Both the position numbers and the translations under genes were made by a program. DNA of 64,000 nt from a virus: positions 26,352-90,351 of IMG/VR virus record IMGVR_UViG_3300044986_000731; one strand, 5' to 3'. The notes under the pieces are model-generated. The model ran no database searches and was not told the origin of the DNA. It saw only the letters and a list, made by a program, of their open reading frames with translations. Shown here one piece after another: positions 20,401 to 29,343 of this stretch. Positions within the stretch are counted from its first letter, which is position 1. Each line of letters starts with the position of its first letter.

Positions 20401-20656
20401 CGGCTGGACGTCGAGCGGCAACCCCCTGCTCCACGAGGCATGCCACCGCATCCACCGCACATCCGACGCCGACTCTTATCGAGACTCCGAGAGCGTCACG
20501 TTCACGCCCGAGCAGCGTGAACTGATCGAGGCCGAGGTCTCTCGGTACGCGGCAGTCAACGCCCGCGAGTTCATCGCGGAATACATCGCAGGACAGTTGT
20601 CTGGAAAGATTTACTCTCCTGATATCACAGCGATCGCAAGGTCGATCTGGCGATGA
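17450..20656 (+). CDS. HK97-family portal protein fused to a ~660-aa multidomain C-terminal extension
   Basis: aa ~45-405 portal (ACRILAESIASMPL, PNEWQT, LWGNSY, IARVYRLP, LMTHNECRRAENLPP); then Tudor-like, HiPIP-like, Cys tag, unknown domain, HEACH peptidase. Confidence 0.9.
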   Translation: MSEERVLSDVVWTPERGSADQPEVRSMYWNNLLFGDDGFNGRTQTSADIRITPDTALQSTVVLAACRILAESIASMPLHVYRRTKDGYREIASDVPLYKVLSFAPNEWQTKFEFFEQMVMNLTLWGNSYSRIRSGRYGAVSALDNFHPSNMEVERLENGRLRYSYMNPETGRVERYSQDDIMHVRWTPEPNGIKGMVPVEIAREAIALARACEIHAGRFWANSARPGIVLQTDSSLSPEAAERLRDNWERIHRGVDRASRTAILTNGLRVEQVGFNAEQSQYESTRRFQSEEIARVYRLPLSLIQGQSSGSIEENGQEFVTYTLVPWLRRIESAISRSLIYNDDVFFAEFDTKGLMRGNSNARAGFYSTMINLGLMTHNECRRAENLPPIGEIGDHHLVAMNLQPLEAATKPKEPPPGMPGMPGPPPEAAGGVPSLPGVKTGKTPTESEQGEASEKKPDEPLVEYAEGKFGRVKHVMEEGTLDLKSGEKIEVEPGKPVALVVDEETGEEVGVEASKLKPVEEKPAVEEKRGLTPQSEALYKSQEEIARKHGRWKQADAHYVPRSPFATKGMVCRNCVYYEDGGACEIVKGGINPDGICKLWVIPSEKLVETRSPEEEARSADCGRDEGGRFGSGNKCQEDGSGGGGSGGGMSSPAGGEPDKVYGSVSPDVKLPPPVRTIDAEALLEQISKNPNGFTLDPYSAESPSDGIMVSEFKNDSRRSVKLSAKDIVTKEGRDSFANWLKSNSDVLQGFEGERFVGGWRAGDDFYIDISTRFSPEEAERALEVGRDSGQLAVFNLGTLKETWVQYDSGDDRKPPEWDRAFARARKDAQVDQVYGDAPDLQDEDIAADLSKHGKKTVRAYNLAEETENGTAAAVRRAGEEEEPVGDVPRDADVLREGRGEPRQDSRSVVVRGRAGPDAATVRGSDAARRLIENAEAAYRAAFGSTPFPRVEFRDIGDAYAYYSPEDDTLYVSPDAGEPDDSDGWTSSGNPLLHEACHRIHRTSDADSYRDSESVTFTPEQRELIEAEVSRYAAVNAREFIAEYIAGQLSGKIYSPDITAIARSIWR
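20058..20246 (+). CDS. 62-aa gene nested in an alternate frame of the portal extension
   Basis: TATAAT 20033-38, GAGGAG 20045-50, ATG 20058; portal frame here reads like an off-frame R/G-rich linker. Confidence 0.55.
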   Translation: MEQPQRFDVPAKKKSLLETYRAMRTYFEKVAESQGKTLDPSWYEDGPDQMPQLYEDQTPQDG

Positions 20657-23600
20657 TTTTCCTAGAGAAGAAATACTCGGCTGCCGAGTATCGCAGTCTC
20701 GTCGAGGCTCGCGGAGACGGGCAGTGCACGGACAGTGATCGCCAAGAAGGCGGCAGGTTCGGCGATGGGAACGACTGCCAGAAGGAAGGAAGCGGTAGCG
20801 GCGATAGTTCCCAGACGAAAACGAAGTCCAAGGCGAAGTCCGGAGGCTCTGATGTCAAGGAGCCTCTCTCGTGGAGTCGCGGAAAGCCTCACATAACTCC
20901 GTTCGAGTCGGTTTCAAGCAACAACCCGACCCGGAGGTCTGAGGACGGAAAGAAGATTGAGTCCACGTCCATCGAAGGCGCCGTTGTCACTCAGGCAATC
21001 GCCGGAAAAGACGAGGTCGACCCAATATCTGTGGGCCGACACCTGCTTTCGGTTCAGGCAGAGCATCGCGGAAGGCCGATCGACACAACTGAAGAACTTC
21101 AGGGCGATGATTTCGAGTACATGGTCTCTGGTGTCGCTGCTCAGGTCGAAGCGGCTATGGCGAGAGGAGTGAGACCTAACTTTTACAGCCCGCAAGATCG
21201 CAAGGCCCAGATGGACGAGTACGCGAAGATTCAGCCTCTCATGCGAGGCGGAAGAACAGCGTCTGGATTTTGCATCGGCGTGGAAGGCCCGAACGGAGAG
21301 TGCGATCCGGGGAGTGATATATCTCCACAGGCTGAGTTCCTTTTCAGGGCCGCACAGGCTCTCACATCGCCAGAAGCAAACCCGTTCGAGAACATGCTCC
21401 GGGCGGACAAGGTATTGACTGCTTTCTTTGAGCAGCCGGACCCGGATAAAGCGAAACTTGGACTCGGACTGAGTATGCCCGGAGCCGGTGCCGGCGAGGC
21501 GATCAAAAACTTCTCTCGACTGCAAAAGATCATCGACAGGGTAGGGCTTGATGAGGCAAGGCGGCTTTTCTCCGAGCCGCCTCTCAGGGCCGGAGACTTC
21601 GAGAGATACTTTCTGGACAGGATACCGGGGACTGAGGGGGATCGTTACAAGGCAAACGACTACGCCGTCGACGAGGTCGTTCCTCTGTTCAGCATCTTTG
21701 GCCCGAAGGTTGGGCCTTTCTTCGCGAACAACACAGGAGACCTCGATGCGCTAACTGCGGACATCTGGTTCACTCGAACATGGGGAAGACTCTCCGGCGA
21801 GTTGATCGAGCAGACAAAGCCGTCGCTGGCAAAGACTCACGCTTCAAAACTCATGTCGATGACGTCAGAAGTTCCAAGAAAGGAACTCTCCGCAATAGGC
21901 GTGGACGGCAGGCAGTTCAGGACTGCCATCTCAGGAATGAAAAAGAGCGGCGTCATTCCGCAGACTGTGATTTCTTGGGCAGAGAAAAGAATCAAGCAGT
22001 ACTCAAAGGACGGGTTCCCGAGTCCGGAGAAAAAAACAGGAACGCAGGAGCGGTACGAACTCGACAGGCTTGCTATAGCAATCTCCAAAAATCAAACGAG
22101 AGTTCTCAAGACCCCAACAACAACCGTCATGCGGTCAAACATGATCCGCGTGATGAAGGAGGCGTCCGCTCGCACGGGAGTCCCCGTCGCGTACATGCAG
22201 GACATCCTGTGGCAAGACGAACAGGACGCTTGGGGGTCGCTCGGCTCTCGCACGACGACAACGCCGGGCGAACCGTCGCTTTACTCGGATGTGATCCGCA
22301 AGATCGTCGAGAACCCCCAGTACCGCGAAAAGCGACGAGCAAACAAGCGATCGACTGACGACGTCGGCGAGCCGCAGGAGTACGAGTACCTCACTGACCA
22401 GAAGGGTGGACTGGAGCAGTCGCTGTACGAGGCGTTTATTCAGAACTTGAGCGACGACGAGTTCGCAGACCTCGCCATCGACCTGCTTACTCGCAATGCC
22501 GAGAAGAACGACGAGCAGAGAAACTTCGCAGCCCTCGACGTCGAGCAACGCGCCGGCCTCGACTGCGGTCGGCAAGAAGGCGGCAGGTTCGGCCCGAAGA
22601 ACATGTGCGCCGCAGATGACGGCGGCGCGAACGTGACTGGTGGCGGAGCGACAGCAACAGCACCGACAGCACCGAGCACGAGATGGCAGTCCAGCAATCG
22701 CGGCATCGTCAAGTGGTCTGGCAGCAGCCTCGCGAAGGACAGCCCGATTAGCGGAGGCGAGAAACTCCGCTCTGTCGAGATCAGGAGGCCGAAGGAACTC
22801 GCCAAGGCGATGGGTGACGTCCTTCCTGAGTCAGCGACGCTAGACGACGTCGTGACGATCGGCGGTGGTGCCGTGCGAGGGTCTGACCTGATGGTCACTG
22901 GCGTCGGAGACACGATCTCCACGCAGATGACTACGCCCGTCGATCCTTCGGAGCCTGAAGGCTGGAGGGTGTACTCCGACGTGCACATGTCAGGCGCAGA
23001 CGGCGTGATCACCGCCGTCGATTACGGACTCCTCGAAATCTATCCGCCCGGAGCAGACGGCGATGATCCGTTCTATGACCCGCCGTCGCCGGACGACGCG
23101 GTCGTCAGTCGCATCACATCCATGATGATGGAGAGAATGACCGACTCGCTGATGACAGCAGAGAGGCTCGGTGCAGAGCAAGCAACGACGACGGCCATCG
23201 GGGATGGGCACTCTGACGCCCAGTGGAAGGGGTACCGACTCTGGCCGCAGTTCGGGTTCGACGGCCCGATCACTCCACGCACGGTGAGCATGATCGAGGA
23301 CGAGCCGGACCTGACGTTCCTCTCGGACGAAGCCAGAGACAAGTGGGACGCTGGCGAGCAACTCACAGTGCAGGACATCATCGCAACGCGAGAGGGCCGG
23401 CTCTGGTGGGACGAGAATGGATCGTCCACCGATATGTCATTCGACTTCAGCGACAAGTCATCGAAGGGCTACCGGCAGTTCGAGCGGATGAAGCGGCTCC
23501 TGCCGAAACTTCGCGAGCGAAACAAGAGCCGGAGTTGGATCGAGGCGTCCGAGTCTCGCAACTGCGCGAGAGAGGCGACCGGGCAGTTCGCCGACGGCAA

Positions 23601-26600
23601 CGAATGCCAAGAGAAGGGCACCGGGACTGCCGAGTCGCAAGACTCGTGGCGGGAAGATGGCGGCACCGTCCTGTGGGACAGCGAGCGGCCTCCTGTTCGA
23701 GGCGAACTCGCCTCGCTGGAGGTGCAGGGCGGAAGAGACGTGGCGAAGGCGATGGAGTCGGTCGGCGTCGACTCTCTCGATAAGGTCGTCTCGCTCGGAG
23801 GCGGCACGGCGAGAGGCGCCGAGGTCCGCGTCTCTGCGTACGGCACGCACACCGTAGCCGTGTCCACGCGAATTCCAATCGACCCGCAGGCCCCGCAGAG
23901 CGACGACCCGTACGAAGGTGCGGTGACATCCAGCGTGATGATCTCTCGCGGAAGGGACGGCAAGTCCACCCTGCACTACGGCAGCCTCTACACACCCATG
24001 TCGGTGTCGTCGGCCTCCGCCACGAAAGAGGACCGGCTTCGCATCGCGAGCCTGCTCAAGGAGCACTTCCTCGAATCGCTCTCGACCGCCGAGGCCGTTG
24101 GCATCTCGTCTGCGGACATGGCAGCAGCCGGAGACGCCGAGGACAAGTATTTGCAGGGCTACCGGCTCTGGCCTCAGTTCGGCTTCGACGGCGAGGTGCC
24201 GAATCTCTCGGAGGTGCCAGACGAGATCGTGCTCAGGGCAGCAGGCATCGACATCCCACCCGCAGGCTCAACTCGAATCCCTCATGCGACCGTGATCCGC
24301 AGCCTCCGCAGCCGCGTCAGGAGCCTCACGGTGCAGCAACTCATCTCAGTCCGCGAGGGCGATCGCTGGTGGGACGAGAACGGCACTGACGTCTCGCTCT
24401 CGCTCGATCTCACGGACAAGACCTCGCTGGGATACAAGCGATATCAGGAAGCAAAGAAGTCCCTCGCCCGCCTGAAGGAACGCAACAAGTCTCGCGATTG
24501 GCTCGATTGGCTCGACGATTTGGAGTCGCGAGACGCCGACTGCGGACGCGACGAGAGCGGGCGTTTCGGCACCGGCAACGACTGCGGCGCCGGCGACGGG
24601 CAGCCGTCGGCCAAGGAGGACTCCAAGGCCAGAGACGCACGAATCAAGCAGGCGTCAAAATCTCTTCCACAATCAATAGCAGCGACTGACGCAAAGTCTC
24701 TCGGACTCGCCGCTCACAAGCAGTTCTCTCCAGTTGGTGTATCGAAAAATTCAGACAATCTGCCGATCAAATCCGACGACGAACTTCGACGCGCGCTGCG
24801 CGGAATGACCGGACCGAAAGGAAGCCAAGTCCCGCAGCGCGACCTCGTCGGCGCGCATAGAAGGCTCGACAAGGGGCACCCAGTTGATCTCCGCATTGAC
24901 ATCAATGCGTTCGAGGATTTTGACACTTATGCCGTGACTGTGCACGAGCACGCAGGAGGCAAGGGGGTCGGAAAGCCAATTGGGTTTGACTCGCTCGTGC
25001 GGCTGGGAGGTCGGGTTTCGTTCTCGTCTGACGAAAACGTAGCAACAAAAATCGCAATGGGCATCGGGAAGACGCCGATTGCGACTGTCAAGGGAATGTT
25101 CGACCCTTCTCGCGACATACCGAGCGACATCGATTCGTGGACTCCCGTCGGATTTGATCCAAAGAAGGCCGCGTACTTCTACGACAAGAGGACAGGAGAC
25201 GAAGTCACAGGCGGAACAGACGCCGTGAGTGTTGGCAACTCGGTATTCGTCAGAGTCCCAGAGTACGCGAACCCTCCACGCAACGCCGCCCGTCAGTACC
25301 GCAACGCGGGCTTCTGGGGCCTCGAATCTCGCGACGCCGACTGCGGACGCGACGAAGGCGGGCGTTTCGGCTCCGGCAACAAGTGCCAAGAAGACGGCGA
25401 AGGCCCGGCCGCTGAGAAAGTGACGTGGTCTGCCGGCAGCGGCGAGCCGCCGTTCGAGGGCGCTGAGAAAGCAGCGAGCGTCTCGGTGAGCGGCAACAAA
25501 GAAGTGACCGATAGTCTGGATACGCTCGGAGTCGACAAGTCCAGCATCGTCGACCTCGCCGGTGCGGCCGGCGGATCAGTGTTCATTCGCCCGGCCCCGG
25601 ACCTCACCACGAAACTCCCCGGAGGCGTGCTTCCGGTCCTGATCAGTTGGGACCGTCCGTTCGGGGGCGTGGACTACGGCATCGAGGGATCGTCTGCCGT
25701 CGGTAAGAACGACAAAGGCGAGTCGATCCTGTACCACTCCACGGTGACCGTCGATCCACGCGCGAAGGACACGCCGGCGAAGAGGCACGCAGCCGCGACC
25801 GCCTTCTACTCGATGATGAGCGAGAGCGTGCAGGCCGCGAGAAAGGCCGGCATCTCCGAGGTGCGATTCAATGCGTCCGGAAGCAAGGTCGACAAGTCGT
25901 GGAAGGGTTACACGATATGGCCCCGCATGGGCTTCGACGCACCGCTCCCCGCCGACCTCAAGGCGAAACTACCCGAGACTCTCTCGCACGCGAAGAGCCT
26001 CCTCGACCTCCACGCCACGCGAGAGGGCACGCAGTGGTGGAGCGAGAACGGACGCGAGGTCGACGTGAGTTTCCGGCTCGACGACCCTTCGTCGCCGCAG
26101 GCCCGGATCATGTCGCGATTCATCAAGCGATTCTCGACCAACCGCCGAGACATGCCTCTCGGCGCCGGCGACGGCTGGCTCTCTCCGGCCGACCTCGCGA
26201 GGTTCGATGAGTTGTGGGAAGAGATATGGGACGAGGGTGATCTCGACGAGTACGAATTCGCCGAGTCTCGCTCGGCTGATTGCGGGCGAGACGTGGGCGG
26301 TAGGTTTGACCAAGGGAATCAGTGCCAAAGAGGGGCAGGGAAAGTGGCATCCCTCGCCCGGTCTGGTGCGAGCCACGAGGAACTGGTGTCTGCAATCTCT
26401 GAAGCCATCGGAACAAAGCGAGGTTGGTTCAGTGGCCCAGAGAAAGGCGAGTCGTCTCCGTCCGAGGTATGCGCTGCTCTCGGTCTCAACGTGGAGAACG
26501 ACTGGATCGTAGATCAGCAGCACGAAGAGGCGTCGCAGTCCGATAGAGAGGCAATTGCAAGAACGATCGCTGAGTGCTACTCGGCTGTCCAGTCCTCTCC

Positions 26601-27159
26601 ATCGCTGAAGGACGTCTCGTTTCACATTCAGACGGCAAGTTCGATGGCTAAATGGTCTGGCTTGCCTGCATCTGATTACGAGGGAACTCAGGGCACATAC
26701 TTCCCCGGAGACGATGCGGTTCATGTCGTAGCCGGAACAATGCCTCAGTATGTGACGCCTGAGTATCTTTACGAGACAGAGTACTCCTCCACTCCATCTC
26801 CCGCTCACACGCTCGTGCACGAAGTCGCGCATAAGGAGCACTACGAGAACGCCAGCCGCGAACTTGGAATGCCGAGGCAAGCCAACGCAACCGACGCGCA
26901 GTCGCTGCGATGGGCGAAAAAAGTCGAGTCCGCGATTGAGCAAAACTTAGAGCGCGAAGGAGAAAAAGACCCCGCATGGGCTGAGAGGGTTACGTCGAAG
27001 GTTCCGACCTTGGGGTTTTATGCGACAACCGACCCGTTTGAGTTTGTGGCCGAGTACTCGACGGCGGTGAAACTGGGTTACAAGAAAAACGATGCCGACC
27101 TCGACAGAATGTGCAAGGCACTTCTAGCACCAGTTCCCAGAAAGGAGAAGCGAGCATGA
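20653..27159 (+). CDS. 2168-aa polyvalent head-associated polyprotein
   Basis: Six Cys-tag repeats separating HhH-glycosylase-like, 3 GNAT-like, one unknown and one HEVAH metallopeptidase domain. Confidence 0.8.
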   Translation: MIFLEKKYSAAEYRSLVEARGDGQCTDSDRQEGGRFGDGNDCQKEGSGSGDSSQTKTKSKAKSGGSDVKEPLSWSRGKPHITPFESVSSNNPTRRSEDGKKIESTSIEGAVVTQAIAGKDEVDPISVGRHLLSVQAEHRGRPIDTTEELQGDDFEYMVSGVAAQVEAAMARGVRPNFYSPQDRKAQMDEYAKIQPLMRGGRTASGFCIGVEGPNGECDPGSDISPQAEFLFRAAQALTSPEANPFENMLRADKVLTAFFEQPDPDKAKLGLGLSMPGAGAGEAIKNFSRLQKIIDRVGLDEARRLFSEPPLRAGDFERYFLDRIPGTEGDRYKANDYAVDEVVPLFSIFGPKVGPFFANNTGDLDALTADIWFTRTWGRLSGELIEQTKPSLAKTHASKLMSMTSEVPRKELSAIGVDGRQFRTAISGMKKSGVIPQTVISWAEKRIKQYSKDGFPSPEKKTGTQERYELDRLAIAISKNQTRVLKTPTTTVMRSNMIRVMKEASARTGVPVAYMQDILWQDEQDAWGSLGSRTTTTPGEPSLYSDVIRKIVENPQYREKRRANKRSTDDVGEPQEYEYLTDQKGGLEQSLYEAFIQNLSDDEFADLAIDLLTRNAEKNDEQRNFAALDVEQRAGLDCGRQEGGRFGPKNMCAADDGGANVTGGGATATAPTAPSTRWQSSNRGIVKWSGSSLAKDSPISGGEKLRSVEIRRPKELAKAMGDVLPESATLDDVVTIGGGAVRGSDLMVTGVGDTISTQMTTPVDPSEPEGWRVYSDVHMSGADGVITAVDYGLLEIYPPGADGDDPFYDPPSPDDAVVSRITSMMMERMTDSLMTAERLGAEQATTTAIGDGHSDAQWKGYRLWPQFGFDGPITPRTVSMIEDEPDLTFLSDEARDKWDAGEQLTVQDIIATREGRLWWDENGSSTDMSFDFSDKSSKGYRQFERMKRLLPKLRERNKSRSWIEASESRNCAREATGQFADGNECQEKGTGTAESQDSWREDGGTVLWDSERPPVRGELASLEVQGGRDVAKAMESVGVDSLDKVVSLGGGTARGAEVRVSAYGTHTVAVSTRIPIDPQAPQSDDPYEGAVTSSVMISRGRDGKSTLHYGSLYTPMSVSSASATKEDRLRIASLLKEHFLESLSTAEAVGISSADMAAAGDAEDKYLQGYRLWPQFGFDGEVPNLSEVPDEIVLRAAGIDIPPAGSTRIPHATVIRSLRSRVRSLTVQQLISVREGDRWWDENGTDVSLSLDLTDKTSLGYKRYQEAKKSLARLKERNKSRDWLDWLDDLESRDADCGRDESGRFGTGNDCGAGDGQPSAKEDSKARDARIKQASKSLPQSIAATDAKSLGLAAHKQFSPVGVSKNSDNLPIKSDDELRRALRGMTGPKGSQVPQRDLVGAHRRLDKGHPVDLRIDINAFEDFDTYAVTVHEHAGGKGVGKPIGFDSLVRLGGRVSFSSDENVATKIAMGIGKTPIATVKGMFDPSRDIPSDIDSWTPVGFDPKKAAYFYDKRTGDEVTGGTDAVSVGNSVFVRVPEYANPPRNAARQYRNAGFWGLESRDADCGRDEGGRFGSGNKCQEDGEGPAAEKVTWSAGSGEPPFEGAEKAASVSVSGNKEVTDSLDTLGVDKSSIVDLAGAAGGSVFIRPAPDLTTKLPGGVLPVLISWDRPFGGVDYGIEGSSAVGKNDKGESILYHSTVTVDPRAKDTPAKRHAAATAFYSMMSESVQAARKAGISEVRFNASGSKVDKSWKGYTIWPRMGFDAPLPADLKAKLPETLSHAKSLLDLHATREGTQWWSENGREVDVSFRLDDPSSPQARIMSRFIKRFSTNRRDMPLGAGDGWLSPADLARFDELWEEIWDEGDLDEYEFAESRSADCGRDVGGRFDQGNQCQRGAGKVASLARSGASHEELVSAISEAIGTKRGWFSGPEKGESSPSEVCAALGLNVENDWIVDQQHEEASQSDREAIARTIAECYSAVQSSPSLKDVSFHIQTASSMAKWSGLPASDYEGTQGTYFPGDDAVHVVAGTMPQYVTPEYLYETEYSSTPSPAHTLVHEVAHKEHYENASRELGMPRQANATDAQSLRWAKKVESAIEQNLEREGEKDPAWAERVTSKVPTLGFYATTDPFEFVAEYSTAVKLGYKKNDADLDRMCKALLAPVPRKEKRA

Positions 27160-27290
27160 CTCAGGTCGTGAAGACAGACAAGAACGAGAGCACTGAAAGC
27201 ATTCGCAAGAGGCTTGAGAAGATCGGCGACCGGAAGGTTCCTGAGTTCTGGAAGAAGATGTTCACTGGAAAAAACGATGGCAAAGCCTGA
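27156..27290 (+). CDS. 44-aa small protein (MTQVVKTDKNESTESIRKRLEK...)
   Basis: AAGGAG RBS, ATGA overlap with the upstream stop, overlaps the protease start; below ORF-track cutoff. Confidence 0.55.
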   Translation: MTQVVKTDKNESTESIRKRLEKIGDRKVPEFWKKMFTGKNDGKA

Positions 27291-29343
27291 AAAATACGCG
27301 CACATCGACTTCAAGCCTCCCAACGGCGTTCGCCGCGAGGCCGAGTACGGATTGAAACTCCGCCGCGAGCACGGACGCGGAGGCACGGCCGTGGGCATCG
27401 CCCGCGCGAGAGACTTGTCGAACGGAGTTGAAGTCTCGCCGAGCACGGTGCGGCGGATGAAGGCGTTCTTCGATAGGCATGCGTCGGATGCGAAGGCGCC
27501 CGGTTTCAATCGCGGTGACGAGCAGTATCCCTCAAACGGGCTGATAGCCAACAAATTGTGGGGTGGCCCGAGTGGCTACTCGTGGTCAAAGAAGGTAGTC
27601 GCACAAATGGAAGCGGCCGACCGCAAGGCCGGAGACAGCCGCTCGCTCCGCCCGTACGGCTCGACGCACGGCATGAAACCGCGAGTCAAGGTCGTTTACG
27701 GTGCCCCCGGCTCTGGCAAGAGCGATTACGTGTGGGCGAAGAAACGCGATGACGATGTCGTCTTCGACTTCGATCGGATCATGTCTGCAATCTCCGGCCT
27801 GCCGTATCGCCAGCACAACAAGAGACTGATCTCTTACTGCACAGACATTCGAGCGCTTATCCTGAAAAAAGCGTTGTACGGAAACGATAATACGACGTGG
27901 ATCATCACGACTCGTGTGAACGATGACTTGGCTGATTCGCTCGGAGACATACCGGTCGAGTACATCGAGATGGAGGCGACGAAGGACGAGTGCCTGAAGC
28001 GGGTCAACGAGTCACCCGAGTGGCAACCAGTCATCGAGGAGATCAAACAGGTGATCGACGAATACTTTTCCGATCGCGAAGAGCAGCGTTCCGCAGACAC
28101 CCGCGCGGGCGTCGAGCGCCGGTACCTCGGCAACTTCTCGCAGACAGAGAAGGCCGACCCGGGCATGCTGCGAGTCGAGCGTCGCGCTGATCCGTCGACT
28201 GGAAAGCCACGGACGTACCTTGTCGGCTATGCGGCCGTGTTTCACAAGGACAGTTTGATGCTGGGTGATTTCATCGAGCGCATTCACCCGGACGCATTCC
28301 AGATTGTGAAGGACCGTCAGGACGAGGACGGAAAGCCTCTGGAAACGCGATGCCTTTTCAACCACAGCGCCGATCACCTCCTCGGCAGGTTCCCGACGAC
28401 GATGCGAATGACGGTCGACGACAAGGGACTGCGGTACGAGTGCCTGCTGCCAGAGTCTCGCGCGGACGTTGCAGAGTTGGTGGAAAGAGGCGACCTCAAG
28501 GGTTCAAGTTTCAGTTTCGTCGTGCACCCGGACGGTGGAGAGGAATGGAAGACCGAGGACGGGCAGTCAATTAGAGTCGTAAAAAAAATAAAGGCGCTCC
28601 TCGATTGTGGCCCAGTCACCTACCCGGCGTATGGCGATGCCAGCGTTGCAGTCGCGAAGAGAAGTTACGAGACGCACGTCATTGAGCGACGCAGTGACGT
28701 GAAAATGGCAGGAGCCAAGAAGACGAAGCGTCCTCGCCGGCCTGACGTGTCCTCTTCGGTCGACAGCCTGAAGGCTTTCCTCGCAGAGCGGCGAAGCGGC
28801 GAGTGCGGCCGTGACGAGTCAGGCCGGTTCGGCTCGGGCAACAAGTGCCAAGACGACGGCGGAGGAGACGAAGACTCTGATCCGCCTGCCGAGCAGCCCG
28901 CATCCGACAGCGGCAAGGGCGTCGCTGAGTTGTCTCCGAAGCCGAAGTCATCTCGCCCCAACTACATGGAAGTCTCCGGTCCGATGACCAAGGCCAAGGC
29001 AAAGGCCGCTCAGAAATTCATCGACGACGCGCGTCAGGGGCAACTCGAACGCGGCGGCAAGGACGGAGGTCAGTCCGACGACGGAGGTGGTGTGCAGACG
29101 TGGAGCAAGGGCGACTCGTATCCGTGGACGACGAAGCAGGTCGGCACCGACTCTGGGTACCTGCAAGCACAGCACCCAGACGGATCGAAGACTCAGAAGT
29201 ACACGTTCGAGCGTGGCGACACAAAGCCAGCACTGGACGCGCTAAACGCCGAACTGAAGAAGAAGGGCAAGAAGCCGGACACCCGTAGTCTGGTTACGCA
29301 CACTATCGCAGAGACCATGAAGTTCTTGCGGGAGCGACGCTGA
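27277..29343 (+). CDS. HK97-family prohead protease (Peptidase S78) with N- and C-terminal fused domains
   Basis: GYAAVF, FIERIHPDAF, LFNH...LGR, DDKGL, GSSFSF, PVTYPAY; N-terminal helical domain, GAPGSGKS P-loop, C-terminal Cys tag. Confidence 0.9.
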   Translation: MAKPEKYAHIDFKPPNGVRREAEYGLKLRREHGRGGTAVGIARARDLSNGVEVSPSTVRRMKAFFDRHASDAKAPGFNRGDEQYPSNGLIANKLWGGPSGYSWSKKVVAQMEAADRKAGDSRSLRPYGSTHGMKPRVKVVYGAPGSGKSDYVWAKKRDDDVVFDFDRIMSAISGLPYRQHNKRLISYCTDIRALILKKALYGNDNTTWIITTRVNDDLADSLGDIPVEYIEMEATKDECLKRVNESPEWQPVIEEIKQVIDEYFSDREEQRSADTRAGVERRYLGNFSQTEKADPGMLRVERRADPSTGKPRTYLVGYAAVFHKDSLMLGDFIERIHPDAFQIVKDRQDEDGKPLETRCLFNHSADHLLGRFPTTMRMTVDDKGLRYECLLPESRADVAELVERGDLKGSSFSFVVHPDGGEEWKTEDGQSIRVVKKIKALLDCGPVTYPAYGDASVAVAKRSYETHVIERRSDVKMAGAKKTKRPRRPDVSSSVDSLKAFLAERRSGECGRDESGRFGSGNKCQDDGGGDEDSDPPAEQPASDSGKGVAELSPKPKSSRPNYMEVSGPMTKAKAKAAQKFIDDARQGQLERGGKDGGQSDDGGGVQTWSKGDSYPWTTKQVGTDSGYLQAQHPDGSKTQKYTFERGDTKPALDALNAELKKKGKKPDTRSLVTHTIAETMKFLRERR

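Noticed and set aside
20653-27159. Inteins explaining the giant head ORFs
   Set aside because: No C...HN|[CST] splice junctions or LAGLIDADG motifs seen; the repeats are short Cys tags.
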